Source: Gracilinanus agilis (taxonomy: Eukaryota). From it: a DNA stretch of 64,000 bases. The notes beneath the pieces were generated by a model, which searched no databases, was not told the origin of the DNA, and saw only the letters and a list, made by a program, of their open reading frames with translations. Within the stretch, counting starts at the first letter, position 1. Each line of letters opens with the position of its first letter. The DNA lies in assembly GCF_016433145.1 (NCBI RefSeq), contig NC_058130.1:769016378-769080377 (forward strand), given 5' to 3'. Positions 48,001-63,000 of this stretch are shown here, piece after piece. A program made the position numbers and the translations under genes.

Positions 48001-51000
48001 AACCATGTAACAAGAGCTTTGAAATATTTCCCTTAGAAAGGAACTTGCTGTGTGTGAAGAACACCCACTTATGTCAACTCAACACAATTCAAGAGTCTTT
48101 GGTGTTGCCCAGGGCTCTGGGAGGTAAAGTGATTGGGGGGAGGGGAATGCGAGGGGCAACACCACCCAGCCAGGGTGAGACTTTCTGAGTCCAAGCTGGC
48201 GCTCTATCCCCTAAGCCCTTCTTCTTGCCTCCCTTGTTCTCCATGTGCCTCTTCCCTTCTCTTTTGTTCAGCTCTCAGGGGGCTAGCCCAATTCTTGTCT
48301 CTAGGCGGATCAATAGATCAGGCCTTAACAGCTCTCCTAGGCACCAGGCCCACACATCCCTCACTGCCTTCCCAACAGTGAAGTTCTGACATCCAAAGAA
48401 CTCTTTCTCTTTCCTACAAGCCTCCTTCTTCATCTGTGTCTCCATGGGAAACCTTAGGGCCATCCATGCACTTAATGCACCTTCTCTCTCACTCAAAGTG
48501 TCACTCATAAGAATGTGGACACTGACCTAACGGAGTCCTCTAGGGGTCTGTCAACTTCACCACCAGACAAGAAGACTGAAGTACCAACAGGTGAATTAAT
48601 GCTCATCTAGTTTATAGACAAACCACACCTTGGTTCACGGTTATCTCTGCCACTTCTCTTTCTGGCCTCTCTCCAACATCATTCCAGATACACAATCCCC
48701 AAGGCCCATTGTTTTAGAGACAACTGAGAAATATCATGGTTATGGCTCTAGACAGGAAGTCCTCAGATGAAGGCCAGCCTTGGACACTTTCTGGGCCTCA
48801 GTATTCTCAGGGGCAAAAGGGGACAAGAAGAAGAGCACCCATTCCCCAGGGCTGCTGAGGATCCCCATTAATATGGAAAGCACTTGGCAAATCTTAATTA
48901 AAGGGCTCCAGAAATGCAAATTCGAGTGATTCTCATCATTACAGTTCATGGGTTATTGGTTATCCAGGCCCCGCCACTCCTTGCACCTGGTCCTGGGCCT
49001 CTCCAGAGCCCTCAGACACAAACTCTGCCAGCAGGCCAATCCCCAACAGAAGGGCCCCAGGTGACCTCCACAACTGATGGGTGCCCTAACCAGGACCTGA
49101 TGTAACATAAAGCTACCTGAGCCACTAAATGGTCAGTTCCTTGAGGGCAGAGACCAGGTTTATTTATCTTTGCTCTTCCTGAGTTTTGTACACAGGAGGC
49201 ACTTAGTAAACACTGAGTGAGTTAAACATAAATGAAATAGACAATACCTTGTTTAAAATCCACTCTTCTCCTCAGGTAATCAAGGTACGCCTGCCAGATC
49301 TCCACATAATCTGTGGCCTGAATAAAGCCAGCATTCAGTGCTTTCTCAAAGTTATCTGTGGACAGAACAAATGGACATGGGAAACTTCCATTTCAAAATA
49401 ACTAACTTTAAATGACTGGCTGCATAGTCTGTAACTCCCATTTGATATAAACTGCTTAGAAAACAAAAAGTGAATTCTGTGCTACTTAAGAGAAGCCACA
49501 TGGCCTAAAATAAACAGAAACACTCCCTGGGGGCCACAAATTGACTTGGCTATTTTGGGGAACTTCAGCTAATCAAGGATGACAATGCCTGTGACCTATG
49601 CTCCAGGTGCCCCCAGGCTTGGCCCATTCTCCAAGGAAACCAAAGTAAGAAGGAAGCACTGCTATATATGCCAAGATCAGCCCTTTCTATGGTAGCAAAG
49701 ACTTGGAACCACCCCCATTTAAGGACAGCCAAACAACTAGTGGGACCAAGGAATGGGAAGACTTCTCAAAGTAAAGACTGACAGAAACAGGAAAATCTAG
49801 AGGCCAACAACCTGCCCCCCAAAGCCATCACTAAATGCTAAGAAATGAGAAATGACTGAGCTTGGATTCAGAAAAGAGACAGGAGGATGCAGCTCCCTTC
49901 TCCTCTGCAGAAGTGGGTTCTATGGTTGCGGACACTGCCATGTCCAGCTGGGCTGAGTGGTTTTCCTCTTCTTTTTACTCTCATAAGGAATAGCTCTCAG
50001 AGAGAGAAGACTCTTTGAGGAAATGCAGACGATGTAAAAAGAAAGCATGTCAATACAAATAATTTTCTGATAAACTCTATGAAATGACCATCTGTAATTT
50101 TTCTAAGTTGCAAACTCTTAAAGCATTCGAATGCCAGCTGGAGGCAACATCATGGAAGAACCAGTTACCTGAACAGAGAATTCCTACAAGAATATCCTTA
50201 CCAGAAACAATCTGATGGGCAACTCCATGTCTTTCCATGGCTAAGAGGTACCGATTCCAGAGTCCAACTGTCCAGGGGCAGTTTCTAACAGCACGGTCAT
50301 GTGCAGATAAGACCAGATCCTTCATTTTCAACTGCCGATCCTAAGTCAGAATCTTATGGTGAGACAGGATAGTGTCCATTTTGGTATTCTATAGAAAATG
50401 TGGCACAATGCTGTCAAGACTTAATTGATGTCAAACTATTTCTTGCAAGGAGGAGAAATTACCTCATTAAATTACTTTATACATGCCAACTAAAGCACTT
50501 TGAAATTATCACTTCTATTGCTGCATTTCAAGCAGATGAATAAATGTTTTGCTTTCCAAGGCAGTCTAGGAAAAACTGATAAATTCGGTATTTTAAAAAC
50601 CATTTTTAGAATTGAGAGAAAAGGGAAAGATGAGCAGGAAAAAAGGTGAAAACAGCAATCTCTTAGTAGTATTCTCTTCACAATTTTCTTTCAATAAACC
50701 ATTTCCAATTAAAAAGTAAAGGAAAATGATGCCCTACCAGGTACTGATTATAACGGGCCCACAAGTCTGGAACAAGGCAGTTCTCAGCCAGTGCACGCTC
50801 AAAGATTAACTGAATACGAGCAGGATCGCCAGCTTTCAACTCAAACTCAATGTATGTTTGATACTCGGCTAGCTTTGGTGTCTCTGCTACCAACTAAAAT
50901 AAAAACATTTAGAACAAAAATGAAAACAGGTTCCTTATCTGGTTAAGGAAAACAATTGCTCTTGACATCAACCCAGAATGTTAAATGCCCCCTGATGGAG

Positions 51001-54000
51001 GCTTGACAATCAGGCACACAATGATTCATCTAAAGCTGCCTTGGCTGACACAGACCCACCCCCCAACAAAGGACTCCAAGCTAGGCTTGTGCCAGATTCA
51101 TCATCGAGGCTATCCATGTGGGAATCCAAACAGTACCAGCTGCGTGCCTGATAGATCAACCAAGAGAGAAATCCTCAGTCTAACACTCACACATGCCTTA
51201 TGGCCAAAAATGAGCAAGAACAGACTGGATTCTTGAATTAAAACTAAGAGCCCTCAGTAGTAATCACCAGCTTTATTGGGGAAAATAAAGCTCAAGGATA
51301 TTTCACTTAAATCTTATCAAGAGGAACAAGTGCACAAGCCAACAAAAGAACTCATTAGCTTGCAGAAATCTGCTGAAATGAAATATAAAATAAAAATGTA
51401 ATCAAAAAGATGCTCCGGCCTGATTGGTCAGCATGCCCCTGCCATCCCTGGGCCCTAGGGGAGGAGGCCAGGCTCTCGTCCTGATTATATCTTCTAGCTT
51501 GAAACTTTTAATTTTAGGATTTTTTCCAGTCCGGAGTCTGACTCCAAAAATATCCAACTAAGAACCCACAAAGGGATCTGGTACTCAAATAGGAAGCTTT
51601 TGTTTTCTTTTATTAAAGTGAATACACATTTTTAAAATTCACACTATAAATGCTTCCAAAAAGTAGGATTGTCATTTTTTAAAGATCATTTTTGGCTGTG
51701 GGAATGGGAATGCTTTTGTTAATGATTACCAAGTTTAGAATAATTTCTTTTCCTAATATGTGATCCTACATATATGTCTCATACAAAATTAAGTGACTAG
51801 AATACTTTAATTCTCTGGCTACCTAGAGAGTACACAACTCAACCTTTCCCAGTTCATCTTCATTAACAATCTGAAGCCAGGAGTTCCTTTTTCGGCACTA
51901 GTCAGGTAGCAGAGCAAGGACAAATGTGTCTTTCTCATCATCCAGGGTTTTGAAGTGTTCCAGGGTCCCCATTCTTCACCCATCTTTCCTTCCCATTTCC
52001 AATTCTTCTCATTCTCTGCCCAACCCTACCACAAGTCAAGTTTGAGTCCCCACACCTCGGACCCTTAATGTCATCCTCTATAAAACAGAAGTGCTAATTA
52101 CCACACCAACTTCCCAGCTTGGCTATGGCAAAAGGACAATGCTTCCAAGACCGATCCTTCACCTACAAAGAGATTTTAGTAGGTGAAGGACCGGTCTTGG
52201 AAGCATTGTCCAACCCTCTGTGGAAAAGAAGAGGCCAGCACTCACCAGGGCCTCTTCATAGGGTTTATACTTCTCCATTTGCTGTAGCGCTTTCTTATAG
52301 TTCTGTGTGACGGACTCCGGGATTGGGTCATTGGACCACTCCTCATATTCTGCATAGGTGGCTTCCATGTCTAAGAAGGGAAAAATACTAGTTTCCGACT
52401 CTAATCACACTCTCAACCTTCACCTGAACATGGCATGCTTAACTACCTATCCCAAATTCAAAAGGGGTTCAGAGCGTTGGCGCTAGGAGGATCTCTAAAG
52501 CCATCCATACCAACTCCCTCATTTTACAGATGAGGAAACCGAGGTGTCAGAAAAGTAAGGAGATTCATCTAAAGTTACATAGAGAAAAAGCAGCTAAGCC
52601 CAGATTCACACCTGGAATCTCAAGTCCCAAATGCCAAGCTCCTTCCACCAAACCTCGCCACCTCTATACAACACCGAAATCAACTTGGGACAAGAAAACA
52701 AGCCAACGTGAGCAGAGAAGGAATGTCTGGGCTTAGGCAGAGGACCACTAAGGCGAGGCAGTGTGAGGCAGTGGGAATTAGAAGATACACTCACTGAGGC
52801 CAGACCTAGAGCTAATGCCTCTCAAGTCCAATGCTGCTTACCCCATGGCAGGGTCCCTCCCACAGCCTATTCTCAACTTCATTCTGTACTCTCCACCTCT
52901 AATTCTGGACACAACCACTACAAAGTCCCCACCAAGACCCAGCACGAGAACCAGAAGCAGAGAAAGACAATGGGAATCCAAGTTAAAGGACCAAACCTTG
53001 TTACTCCAAACCTCAGTTTCCCCACTTAAAAAATATGGAAGTGAACCAGATGATCTCTAAGATCTTTCTAGTTCTAATAATCTAATTCTATAAAAGAAAG
53101 AATAGTTAAGATTTTCAAACTATGAATATTCCTTTAAGGATTCTACTTAGCCACTATATCTGCCCTTCATTAAAAGTTTATTAAATTTAGCCACAAAACC
53201 ATAATATATAATCTACTACTTGCTAGAAACTTTGCAAATTTAAAAAAAAAAAAAAAAAAAAACAGCCCCAACCTGAAATCTAGTGGAAACACTTCAAACT
53301 TCAAATCGCCCAGGCTTCTCTTCTCTCTATAAGCCCTCAAGCTTTTGAAAGCCACGGGGTACCAAGTCAATCCCAGGTGCCTCACCTAGAAGTGGGACGC
53401 CCAGTTGGCGGCGGAAGAGTGTGTGGATTCTCTCAAGCTGTAGAGCCAGGGTCTGCTGCTGCTTACATGTCGGGACACGGCCAGGAGAGGGCTGCATGGG
53501 CAGAAGGGGACCAACCTACATTAATTCTTCTCATTATTTCCAACACAGATTCTTCTTTTCACCACCCCCCTAAAGTTTTCCTCAACCTAATTCCACACAA
53601 ATTACCTCTTTTTCCCACCCCACCCCCCCAAGGAAAAAATGCTGAGAAGCCAGCTCCAAGTCAACCCTCTAATCAGAAGGGTGGAGAAGGCATTCTAATT
53701 GCAGTCAGAAACAGCCCAGCTTAGCTCCTCATGCACAGGGCAGGGCAGGACAACATGGAACAAGGCTTCAATGTTCTCATTTGCAAAATGGGGGAAAGCT
53801 CAAATGAAAATGGATGTGAAATACTTTATAAGTCTTAAGTAGCTATAAAAACACCAACCATTATTGCCAAGTGTAACTCTTTTGTCATAAAAGCCACAAG
53901 TCAACAACGCACTCTTTAAAAGCAAAAATAAAAGAAATGGTGATGTATTTACTTCCTCTCACAGCGTGATTATGAAGAAAATCTTTTGAGGCAGATAGGT

Positions 54001-57000
54001 GACTCAGTAGAGAGCCAAGCCTGAAGACAGTAGATCCTGGGTTCAAATCTAACCTCAGACTCTTCCTGGCTGTGTGACCCTGGGTAAGTCACTTAACCTC
54101 ACTGCCTAGCTAACCCTCACTGCTCTTCTGCCTTGGAACTAACATACAGGTTTTTTAAAAAAAGAAAAGAAAATCCTACCAAAGTAGCACTATTTTCAAG
54201 CCTTGGAAACTGTTTAAAAAAAAAAGCCAAGAAAATGATGTAGAAGCCTCAAGTCCAGCATCTTCCTTAGGCTGACAAAAATTCTGGATTCTAGGGTCAC
54301 ATGTCTAATACCGACAGTGGTCCTAAATTCAAACTATTCCCCTACAGTGAGAAAACCATGGCTCCAAACAGTAAAGTCACTGCAGGGCCTGTGGCCACAC
54401 GCTGAATGAATAATGACGAGGAGACTCAAGTTCTAAACTGAAGTCTCCTGACTCTGAGGCCTTCACCCTGATCCTGCCACATCCTGGCAACAAGACCAAG
54501 CTGATGCTGTCTGCCATAAAGAAAAACCACTCGGCCACGCCTAGGGGCACCCTGCCAGGGAAGGCTCACCTGGACTGTTTTCAGAATTGCATTCTCAAAC
54601 TCCCGATAGGCCTCCCACATGGCTGCTCCTTTGGTCACGTGTAAGCCAACAGCGGTGAGGGCTCTTTCAAATATGGAACGAACTTTCTCAATACCACCTT
54701 CTTGACCAATCCCACCAATTGAATACTGGGCATACTCCAGCCAAATTTCAGGACCTAAAATGAAGAAAATTTTTCTTAGTTCTGGATGAAAATTACTCTA
54801 AAAAATTAAAGATGATGTTAATTTCTAGTCAAAAAAAAAATTCACTTCTTCCTCACCCCTACGAAGCATCAGTTCATGAAACAGGTAACTTGAGCAACAT
54901 CAGCAAAACTGATTCTTGGGGGCAGCTGGGTAGCTCAGTGGAGTGAGAGTCAGGCCTAGAGACAGGAGGTCCTAGGTTCAAACCCGGCCTCAGCCACTTC
55001 CCAGCTGTGTGACCCTGGGCAAGTCACTTGACCCCCATTGCCCACCCTTACCAATCTTCCACCTATGAGACAATACACCGAAGTACAAGGGTTTAAAAAA
55101 AAAAAAACTGATTCTTGAGAAAAAGTTCAAAACCCCAGAGCGCATCCATGCAGTCAATCACTTCATAATTACCCAATCTAGAAATAGTGTATTTTAAAGA
55201 ATTAGAGAATATTCATCAATTTATATTCCCGAGCTGTAAAACACTGTGTACTACAGATCAAAAGAATATAAATTCATAAGGTTTTCTCAAACCCTCAATT
55301 TCTGTCTTAATAACAACTCTAAGACAGAAAGGCAAGGGCTAGGCAAACAGGGGTAAGTGACTTGCCCAGGGTCACATAGCTAAGAAGTATCCAAGGCCAA
55401 ATTTGAACCCAGGATCTCCCAACTCTAAGTCTGGCACTCTATCCACTAAGATTCATAGTTTTAAAGGACTCTTTAAAGGTCCTTTAGTCCAGCAAATGCA
55501 TATACACTCATACATTTGCTGAAAAGATTAAGACGATCCATATGAAAGTATTACCCATAAAGAACTACATCATCACACCGACAGCTGTGATGGTAGATGA
55601 GGCTTTTAAACTCAGGTTTTCTGACTTCTCATCCTGCAGTCCTATAGTAAGTATATAAGACTAACCTGATTATAACAAATACACTTTCACACACACTATC
55701 TCATCTGAGAAGAACTGTCCCTGGGCCTAAAGAAATCAAGTTTAGAGAAGTGGCTGCAATGAGAGAAGCCTGGCAATTTTTATTCTTTGAAAGTGCTGAT
55801 TTCTTTCAGTCCTTCTGCTGATCCTACAGTTACTTTCAAGATATGCTTAGGACAAGGGAATCAGGTGAGGGTTACAAGGGAAAAGAGGGCTTAATGATTC
55901 TTTTGATGGTCATGAAGGGACTTAAAAATATGAATTTCTGATTTAATGACTTACCAGACTGAAAATAACATTCTTGAGCCTCATGCCTATTTCCCAGTCA
56001 TTTTAACCTTCAACGAAGGTTAAATTCTATTCTCAGCAACGAAGAGAAATATGGGATAAGATGATTAATAGATGTTATAGGACAATGATGGCAAACTTTT
56101 AGAGGCCTCAAGTGGTGTCTCACCCATCCCCCCATACCTACATAAGGGAGGGTTTCCTCATTGGGCTGCTGGGTGGATGCAGTGAAAAAAATGTCCTCAG
56201 AGAGTGTAGAGAGGGGGAAGGGAGTGGCTCCAGCGCTCTGCTCTCTCCAGCTCTACTGTCTGTGAGCCACCCACCTTACCCACTATGGGCTCTCATTTGG
56301 GCTGCTGCTGGGCAGAGGTGGAGGGGAAGATGTGAAAAAAATGTCTTCAGGCCCAGTGCAGAGTGGGAAGGGAGTAGTTCTACCCGAGTCCCTCTGCCTT
56401 TCTGTAAGGAACTTGGGGGGGTGGGGATTGGGACGACAACACATGCAAGTTCAACACCACTGTTACAAGAAGAACAAGGTGGGGTTTTTTTCAGAAAGAA
56501 AGAGTTATTTTTAGGAATTGGATTCTTACAATGAAAAAGTTTTGCTGGCTGGGGGTGAGGTGCTACTAATAATATAAATGACACCACACAGAATTAAGAA
56601 AAAAAATTTTTTAAGAAACTGTTAATTTTAGACAGACATTCTCCAAAACATAAATATATAAAAGGCTCCCTCCAAAGACCAAACTGGATAGTTCCCTTCA
56701 CTTGAATCACCTCAGTCTAACTTTTTGTTATCATCCACCTCAGCTCTTAAGTTTCTCAAGTAAAGCAGAGATGCCTTTGCTGGTGTTTTCCTTTTTCCAA
56801 TGTGGGGATGAGGCTGATTTTCAGTCCAGATTTAATTGTATTTACCACTTCTGGATCAGGACTTTAGAAACTTCTCTTCCATTTTCTTTGATTATTTTGA
56901 TCTGGTTCTAATAACTATTTCAGAACTAGCTATCCAGTTGGATGTTCTGCCATGCGGCCATCTCCATCCTTGCCACCAAAAAGAATTTCAAGAGTCACTA

Positions 57001-60000
57001 AGTTGGCAATGGTATTCAAAGCAGGCTAAATAGCTCCAATGGCAGATCTCTGGACATTAAACACAAATACACATCAATTTGTCTGTCACAATTTCAGGAC
57101 ATGATCTTTAAGTGGGCTGGGGAAATAAGTCAATTATACTTTTTCTCTTACTATGCACTTCTACTGCCCTTCTGTAGCATTTCAATTTCAGGTACAAGAT
57201 GTGCAGCCCTTAGGGCTTAATAAATACAACAGAATCTTCCTTCCATAGTTATTGTTCACTACATTCAGCAGGGACCTAACGATTTCTGGCATTACTATTT
57301 GCTTCACAAACTTATTATTATCATCATCAACACAATCAAATGCCAGAAGTAACTACAAGACACTATTTGCCATTGGCTGTTTTTTCAACATGAGTTGTCA
57401 CTGTTTTAATAATAACGTTCTTGCCTTTCAGCATGCCACGCCACAGAGGGTACATGGCTACACTCACTCTGTTGTGTGTACTGTGGGACATATTCCAGCT
57501 TCTCTGACTGTGTCAATCACTTCTGATCTTAATTCTAAGAGAACACAGGTGAAAAAATGCCAGAACACTCCAGGTACCAGTGAATGTTTAATTACAGTTC
57601 CTTTTTGAGCTACTGGCACAAGGATTTGTTTCCTGTCATCCATAATTGCCTCCTGCTTATGAGACTGCACCTCTAACATTTTTTCCAGAGCTGAAGAAAT
57701 TAAGATTTGACAAGCTGGAATGTTTTCTCATAGAGCTCTTCTACCAGCATGTTCCACTGTTCCAAAATCACTTTGTCAGGATAAGTACATCTCACGACAG
57801 CCGCAAGAAGATACATCCACATCTGGCTTTTAAAATTTTTTATTATTTCTGCAATTTGGGATTTACTTCCAAACATGAGAAATTTCTTGATGACATTTCT
57901 AGAATACTGGCTTTACTCAATCCAAATCCAATTCTCTTTTAATTCTTCAAAGGCCTCTTTCCTTTGTTCCTAATTACCAGGCTGAATGTAGCACAAGATA
58001 ATATGGGGTTGAATCATAAGCAAATGTCATCCTTCTCATCTTGCCCTGAATCAACTTCCAACTTTGTTCTTTTTTTCTTTGTCACTTTTCCAAATATGCT
58101 TTGCCTTAAGAACAATGCCATAGTTGCTTTTATCGCTGAGTTGTCTGCTCTGCCTTCCTTACTTCTTTTTCAAGTCACTACACTTGGGCTTCTTAGCTGC
58201 TATCTCTTCACTTCTGCCCTTAGGCTAGACTTTTCTTTTCATCTTCCTTCTTGTTTATCCTTGAATTATTTCCAGCAAGCTTTCCCAGGCTTTATATATT
58301 ACTTTTCTCAAACTTCTTAGAGCTGAATTTGGATCCACCTCTTTCATCAGTTTTCCTCAGAAACTTCTTTGGAGATATAGAAACACTCTCTTCCTAAATC
58401 TGTTTTTTCCATGTGATGTCTTCCAGCCGTTTCCTATGAATTTCTTTTTACCTCTGCTTCCATAGTAGCAATTTGAAGAGATGCTAGACTTCATGAAACA
58501 CTATTCCTTTCCCTCTTGGCCCAAGCATGTGCCAATACCTCAGAATAGCTGGCAAAGCCATTTTTACTTCTGCTTTCTTGGGCCTAACCTCTCCCTCTTC
58601 TCTGACTCTAGCCATGGAAAATCATTTCTAAGACTTGAAAGCTAACTCTTTAAAAACAAAACACAAAAAAAAATTTTAAGAAATGATTGGAAAATATATT
58701 TCAGGACTCCTAGCCCAAACTCTTCAGTGGCTGCTTTTCTATCCACAAATCTGCCACCTGATCTGCTTTAGCAAGGATGGCAAGAAGATTGGCTGTTAAC
58801 TGTCCTCCAGTGAGGAGTCCTTGAATGAGAGGCACATAGGCTATCCTTGAAACTTTTAAGCTGTTGGAGCTTAGAGTTCCCTTGGAATAAAGACTCTTCA
58901 TCACCTGGGGTCCATTGAAGCTGGCTTTTAAAATATTTTAAATAACTATATTTTGATACAGTAGTTTTTCCTTGTAATCCTATGTATTTTTAAAGCATTT
59001 AAAAGCATTGTTCTTAGCAAAGTCCATAGGTTTCACTAGATTTATGAAGAGTCCATGACATGGGCAGCTGTTTAACAGGATAAAAAGGGTAAAACCCAAG
59101 AAAGGAAAGAGTGTGATGCTAGATTGTAAAACAAACATTTTAAGTCTCTACAGAAAAACTGTTTAAAAACTTACAAATATAGTCTTTCACTGCTCGCTCA
59201 AAGAGTTCATATACTTTCTCCCGATCTGAACCATCTGAGGCAATCTTGATCTCATCCTTCAACCAATCCAGCCAGATTTCTGAAAGAAAAAGCCCCTCCC
59301 AGGATTATCATCAGACAATCAACCAATAAATATTTAATACACTCCTCCTATTGCTAGGCACTATGCTAAGCAATGGGGATGAAAAAAAGAAAATCTCTGC
59401 TTTCAAGGAGTTCATGATCTAATGGGGGAAATTCCAAGTAAACAAATATGTACAAAGAAGGCAAAAACAGGAAGAATAGGAAATAATTATAAGAAAGATG
59501 AGGCAAGAGAATGAAGAATGACTGAAGAAGGCTTCTCAAAAATGGGATTTTAGTTGGGACTTGAAACCAGAAGAAAGATATGAGGAAGATCATTCCAGGC
59601 ATGGGAAACAGCCAGAGACAATGTCCAGAGTAAGGAGGAATATCTTGTTCATGAAATCAGCCAAGAGGCCCGTGTCACTGAGGTAAGATATAAGAAGGCT
59701 GAAAAGATAGAAGGGGGGTAGGTTATGAAGGGTTTTGAATACCAAGCAGATAATTTTGGATTTTATCCTGGAGGCTATATGGAGTTTATTGGGAGAGGTG
59801 ATACGGATCACCTATTTTAGGAAAATCACTTTAGTGGCTGAATGAAAGATGGATTAGGGTGGGGAAGAGACCTGAACCCCACAGACCCACCAGCAGCTAT
59901 TACGATCATCCAGGTATGAAGTGATAAGGGCCTGTACCAGAGTAGGGCCTACTGCAAAGGTGAAGATGACAGGCCGTGGTGACAGCTTGGATAAGAGGCA

Positions 60001-63000
60001 TGAGAGAGTAGGGAGACCATAACAAATATGGAAATGTTTTGCATGACTGCACATGTAAAACCTATATCAAGTGCTTACCTTCTCAAAGAGGGGGAAGGGA
60101 AGAGAGAATTTGGAACTCAAATTTTTTAAAAAAACAAATGTTGTTGAAATTGTTTAAATGCACTTGAAAAAAAAATTTTTAAACAAAATTACTAAGCTAA
60201 ATCTATTTAGAGCTTTATACATCTGAAAAACAAATCATTTAAAATAATAATGCCTCATACTCAGAACGCAATTTTGATTTTTGCCAAGGGTTTTAGCATC
60301 AATTTCTCTTGATCCTAACAAGATTAGTTACCATCAGAATTCTCCATTTACTGATGAAGTATTAATAAAAGCTTAGCTCCAATCAACATCAGGACCAATC
60401 CTATCTCTAGGTGACCTGTGATGACACACATTTACCCACCTTCTCAAAAAGAGGATGAACACAAGGTGCAGAAAGATACAGACTTTTTTAACAATCAGTG
60501 AGTGAATTCATCTTGATTATCTTTATTTGGGAGGACTGTTTTTGCCTTTGTTTTTAATTGGGATTGGGGCTGTCAGCACATAGGTGATGCCCAAAAGAGG
60601 TCCATTGTAACATTTTTTTAAGTGTGCAGAAAAAACATAAGTCAAACAATTTTGAAAGCAACACGAAATATTTTTTATATATACAGACACACACACATAT
60701 ATTAAAAAGCAAGAAGGAAATTTCATATACAATCCTTTTTCAATGCCCTGCTATTTTCATAGAAATGCCCTTTTTCAAAGTGTTTAATTTTATTTAGAAT
60801 TTTTCTGGAAAAAAATATATTTTAAGAATAATGGCTTATGGCAAAAAATTGGAAAATTGAGGGGGTGTCCCTCGATTGGGGAATGGTTGAACAAACTGTG
60901 GTATCTGTTGGTGATGGAATACTATTGTGCTCAAAGGAATAAAAAACTGGAGGAATTCCATGTGAACTGGAACAACCTCCAGAAATTGATGCAGAGTGAA
61001 AGGAACAGAACCAGAAGAACATTATACACAGACACTGATATAGTGTGGCACAATCAAATGTTATGGACTTTTCTAATAGCAGCAATGCAACGATCCAGGA
61101 CAATTCTGAGGGACTTAAGAAAAAGATGCTATCCACATCCAGAGAAAGAACTGTGGGAGCAGAAACACAGAAGAAAAACAACTGCTTGATCACATGGGTT
61201 GATGAGGATATGATTGGGGATGCAGACTCTAAGCAATCACCCTAGTGTAAATATCAGTAATATGGAAATAGGTCTTGATCAATGACACATGTAAAGCCCA
61301 GTGGAATTGCTGGTCAGCTACAGGAGGGGGGTGGGAGAGGGGAGGGAAAGAACATGGTTCATGTAACCATGGGAAAATAGTCTTAATTAATTAATTAGTT
61401 AAGCTTTTTTGAAAAATAATTTTAAAAAAGAATAATGGCTTAGAGAAGTCCAATTACTTGTCCCAAATCCCATAGCTCAGTCACTAGGGTAGAGATGGGT
61501 GAGGTCCAGTTCAAGTCTCTTGATACATAAAGCATTGCTCCCTCTCAAAGAATAAGGGACATTCAAATCTAATGATTGAAGACAAAACTATAACTTACTA
61601 TCACATTACAGAACCCATTGGCTACTACTCTTGCCAGCCCTACGATATTCTAAAATGCTCAAATAAGAATATAATTCAGATATTCCAATTTATTATTTGG
61701 AACAAGTCCAGAGAAGTAATAAAGCAGCTTAACAAGCAACAAATAGAACAGGAAGGTTGGAAAAAGAATAGAAGGGAAAGGGAATGAGAGAGGAGGATAC
61801 AAAAAAAAAACCATACCCAGGATATTTAAAATATTTTAAGTTTGAAATTTTAAGAAAAAAGTGATGTGGTACTTTTAAAGATTCTTAATTCAAAGAAAAG
61901 ACCACCAGAGGTATCTGCAAATGAGAACATCCCCAAACTAGTCCCTAAAGCCTCTTGGGGATCACTGAAATCCATGTAGTAATCCCTAACACAGATGTGA
62001 AATTTAATTAAAGCTATTCCAGGAGTATTTTTATTTCTACTGAATTCTGCATTCAAGTATTGCCAGATAATTCTAAAGCTCACAGACCAGCAGATGGTCC
62101 ATTACACAATTTCTGATGTCTGGCAAAAACCTCAATTTCCAATAAGTAGGTAGGTTAATATTAATGTCTTTTATCTAGAACGATGCTTCTAGTGATCACT
62201 GTTTGTGGTATGTACATACACAGAGAAACATTTAGAGATTCTCTTTCTTTCAATGGAATCAATGTCTTAAATGTGTTTCTTATTAGTAGAGCATTACTCT
62301 TTTATAAAAACCCTTACCTTCTGTCTTAGAATCAATACTAAGTATAGATTCCAAGGCAGAAGAGCAGTAAGAGCTAAGCAACTGGAGTCAAGTGCCTTGG
62401 CCAAAGTCATAAAGCTAGGAAATATCTTGAGGCCACATTTGCAACCAAGACCTCCCATCTCCAGGCCTGGCTCTCTATCCACTGAGCCACCTAACTGCCC
62501 AAAACATTATCATTAATACTATGGCCACTACATTCGATTAGTCAACTACCATTTGTGAGGCCTACTATGGGCCAGTCACTGGGCTAAGCTCTGAGATACA
62601 AAGAAAGGCAGATGATAGTCCCTGCTCTGAAGAAGCTCCTAGTCTAATAGGGGAGACATATAAACAACTATGGTAAAATAAGCTAGAGACTGAAGATCAT
62701 CAGCAGAGATAAGGTCCCACCAATAAGGGGACATCTGTTTTCCCAGGACTCTTGGCCCAAAAGAGGAAAAATGAGACCACTGAACTTTCACACATGACAA
62801 ATTTTTCCTAAAATAAAGCACTTAACTGCCCACTCACAGCACATTCCCTCTGAGGGATAATCAGAACTTCCTAAACTTCCTAGCTTCTCTGTCCTGCAAA
62901 TTAAAAGGTACTATGGATGCCTAAAACACATTCCCAATTTAAATTCTGAGCTTTACCTTCAGTAAGAGGAAAAAGTTCACTCATTTTCTGGCGAGCTCTT

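Noticed and set aside
57250-58320. Possible DNA-transposase (Tigger/hAT) remnant
   Set aside because: Translation matches PUM3 collinearly; no DDE motifs or TIRs.
37623-62956. Intronic snoRNA or miRNA genes in SART3
   Set aside because: No paired C/D boxes with terminal stems, H/ACA hairpin pairs or convincing pre-miRNA hairpins were seen by eye; an Infernal/Rfam scan would be needed to exclude them.
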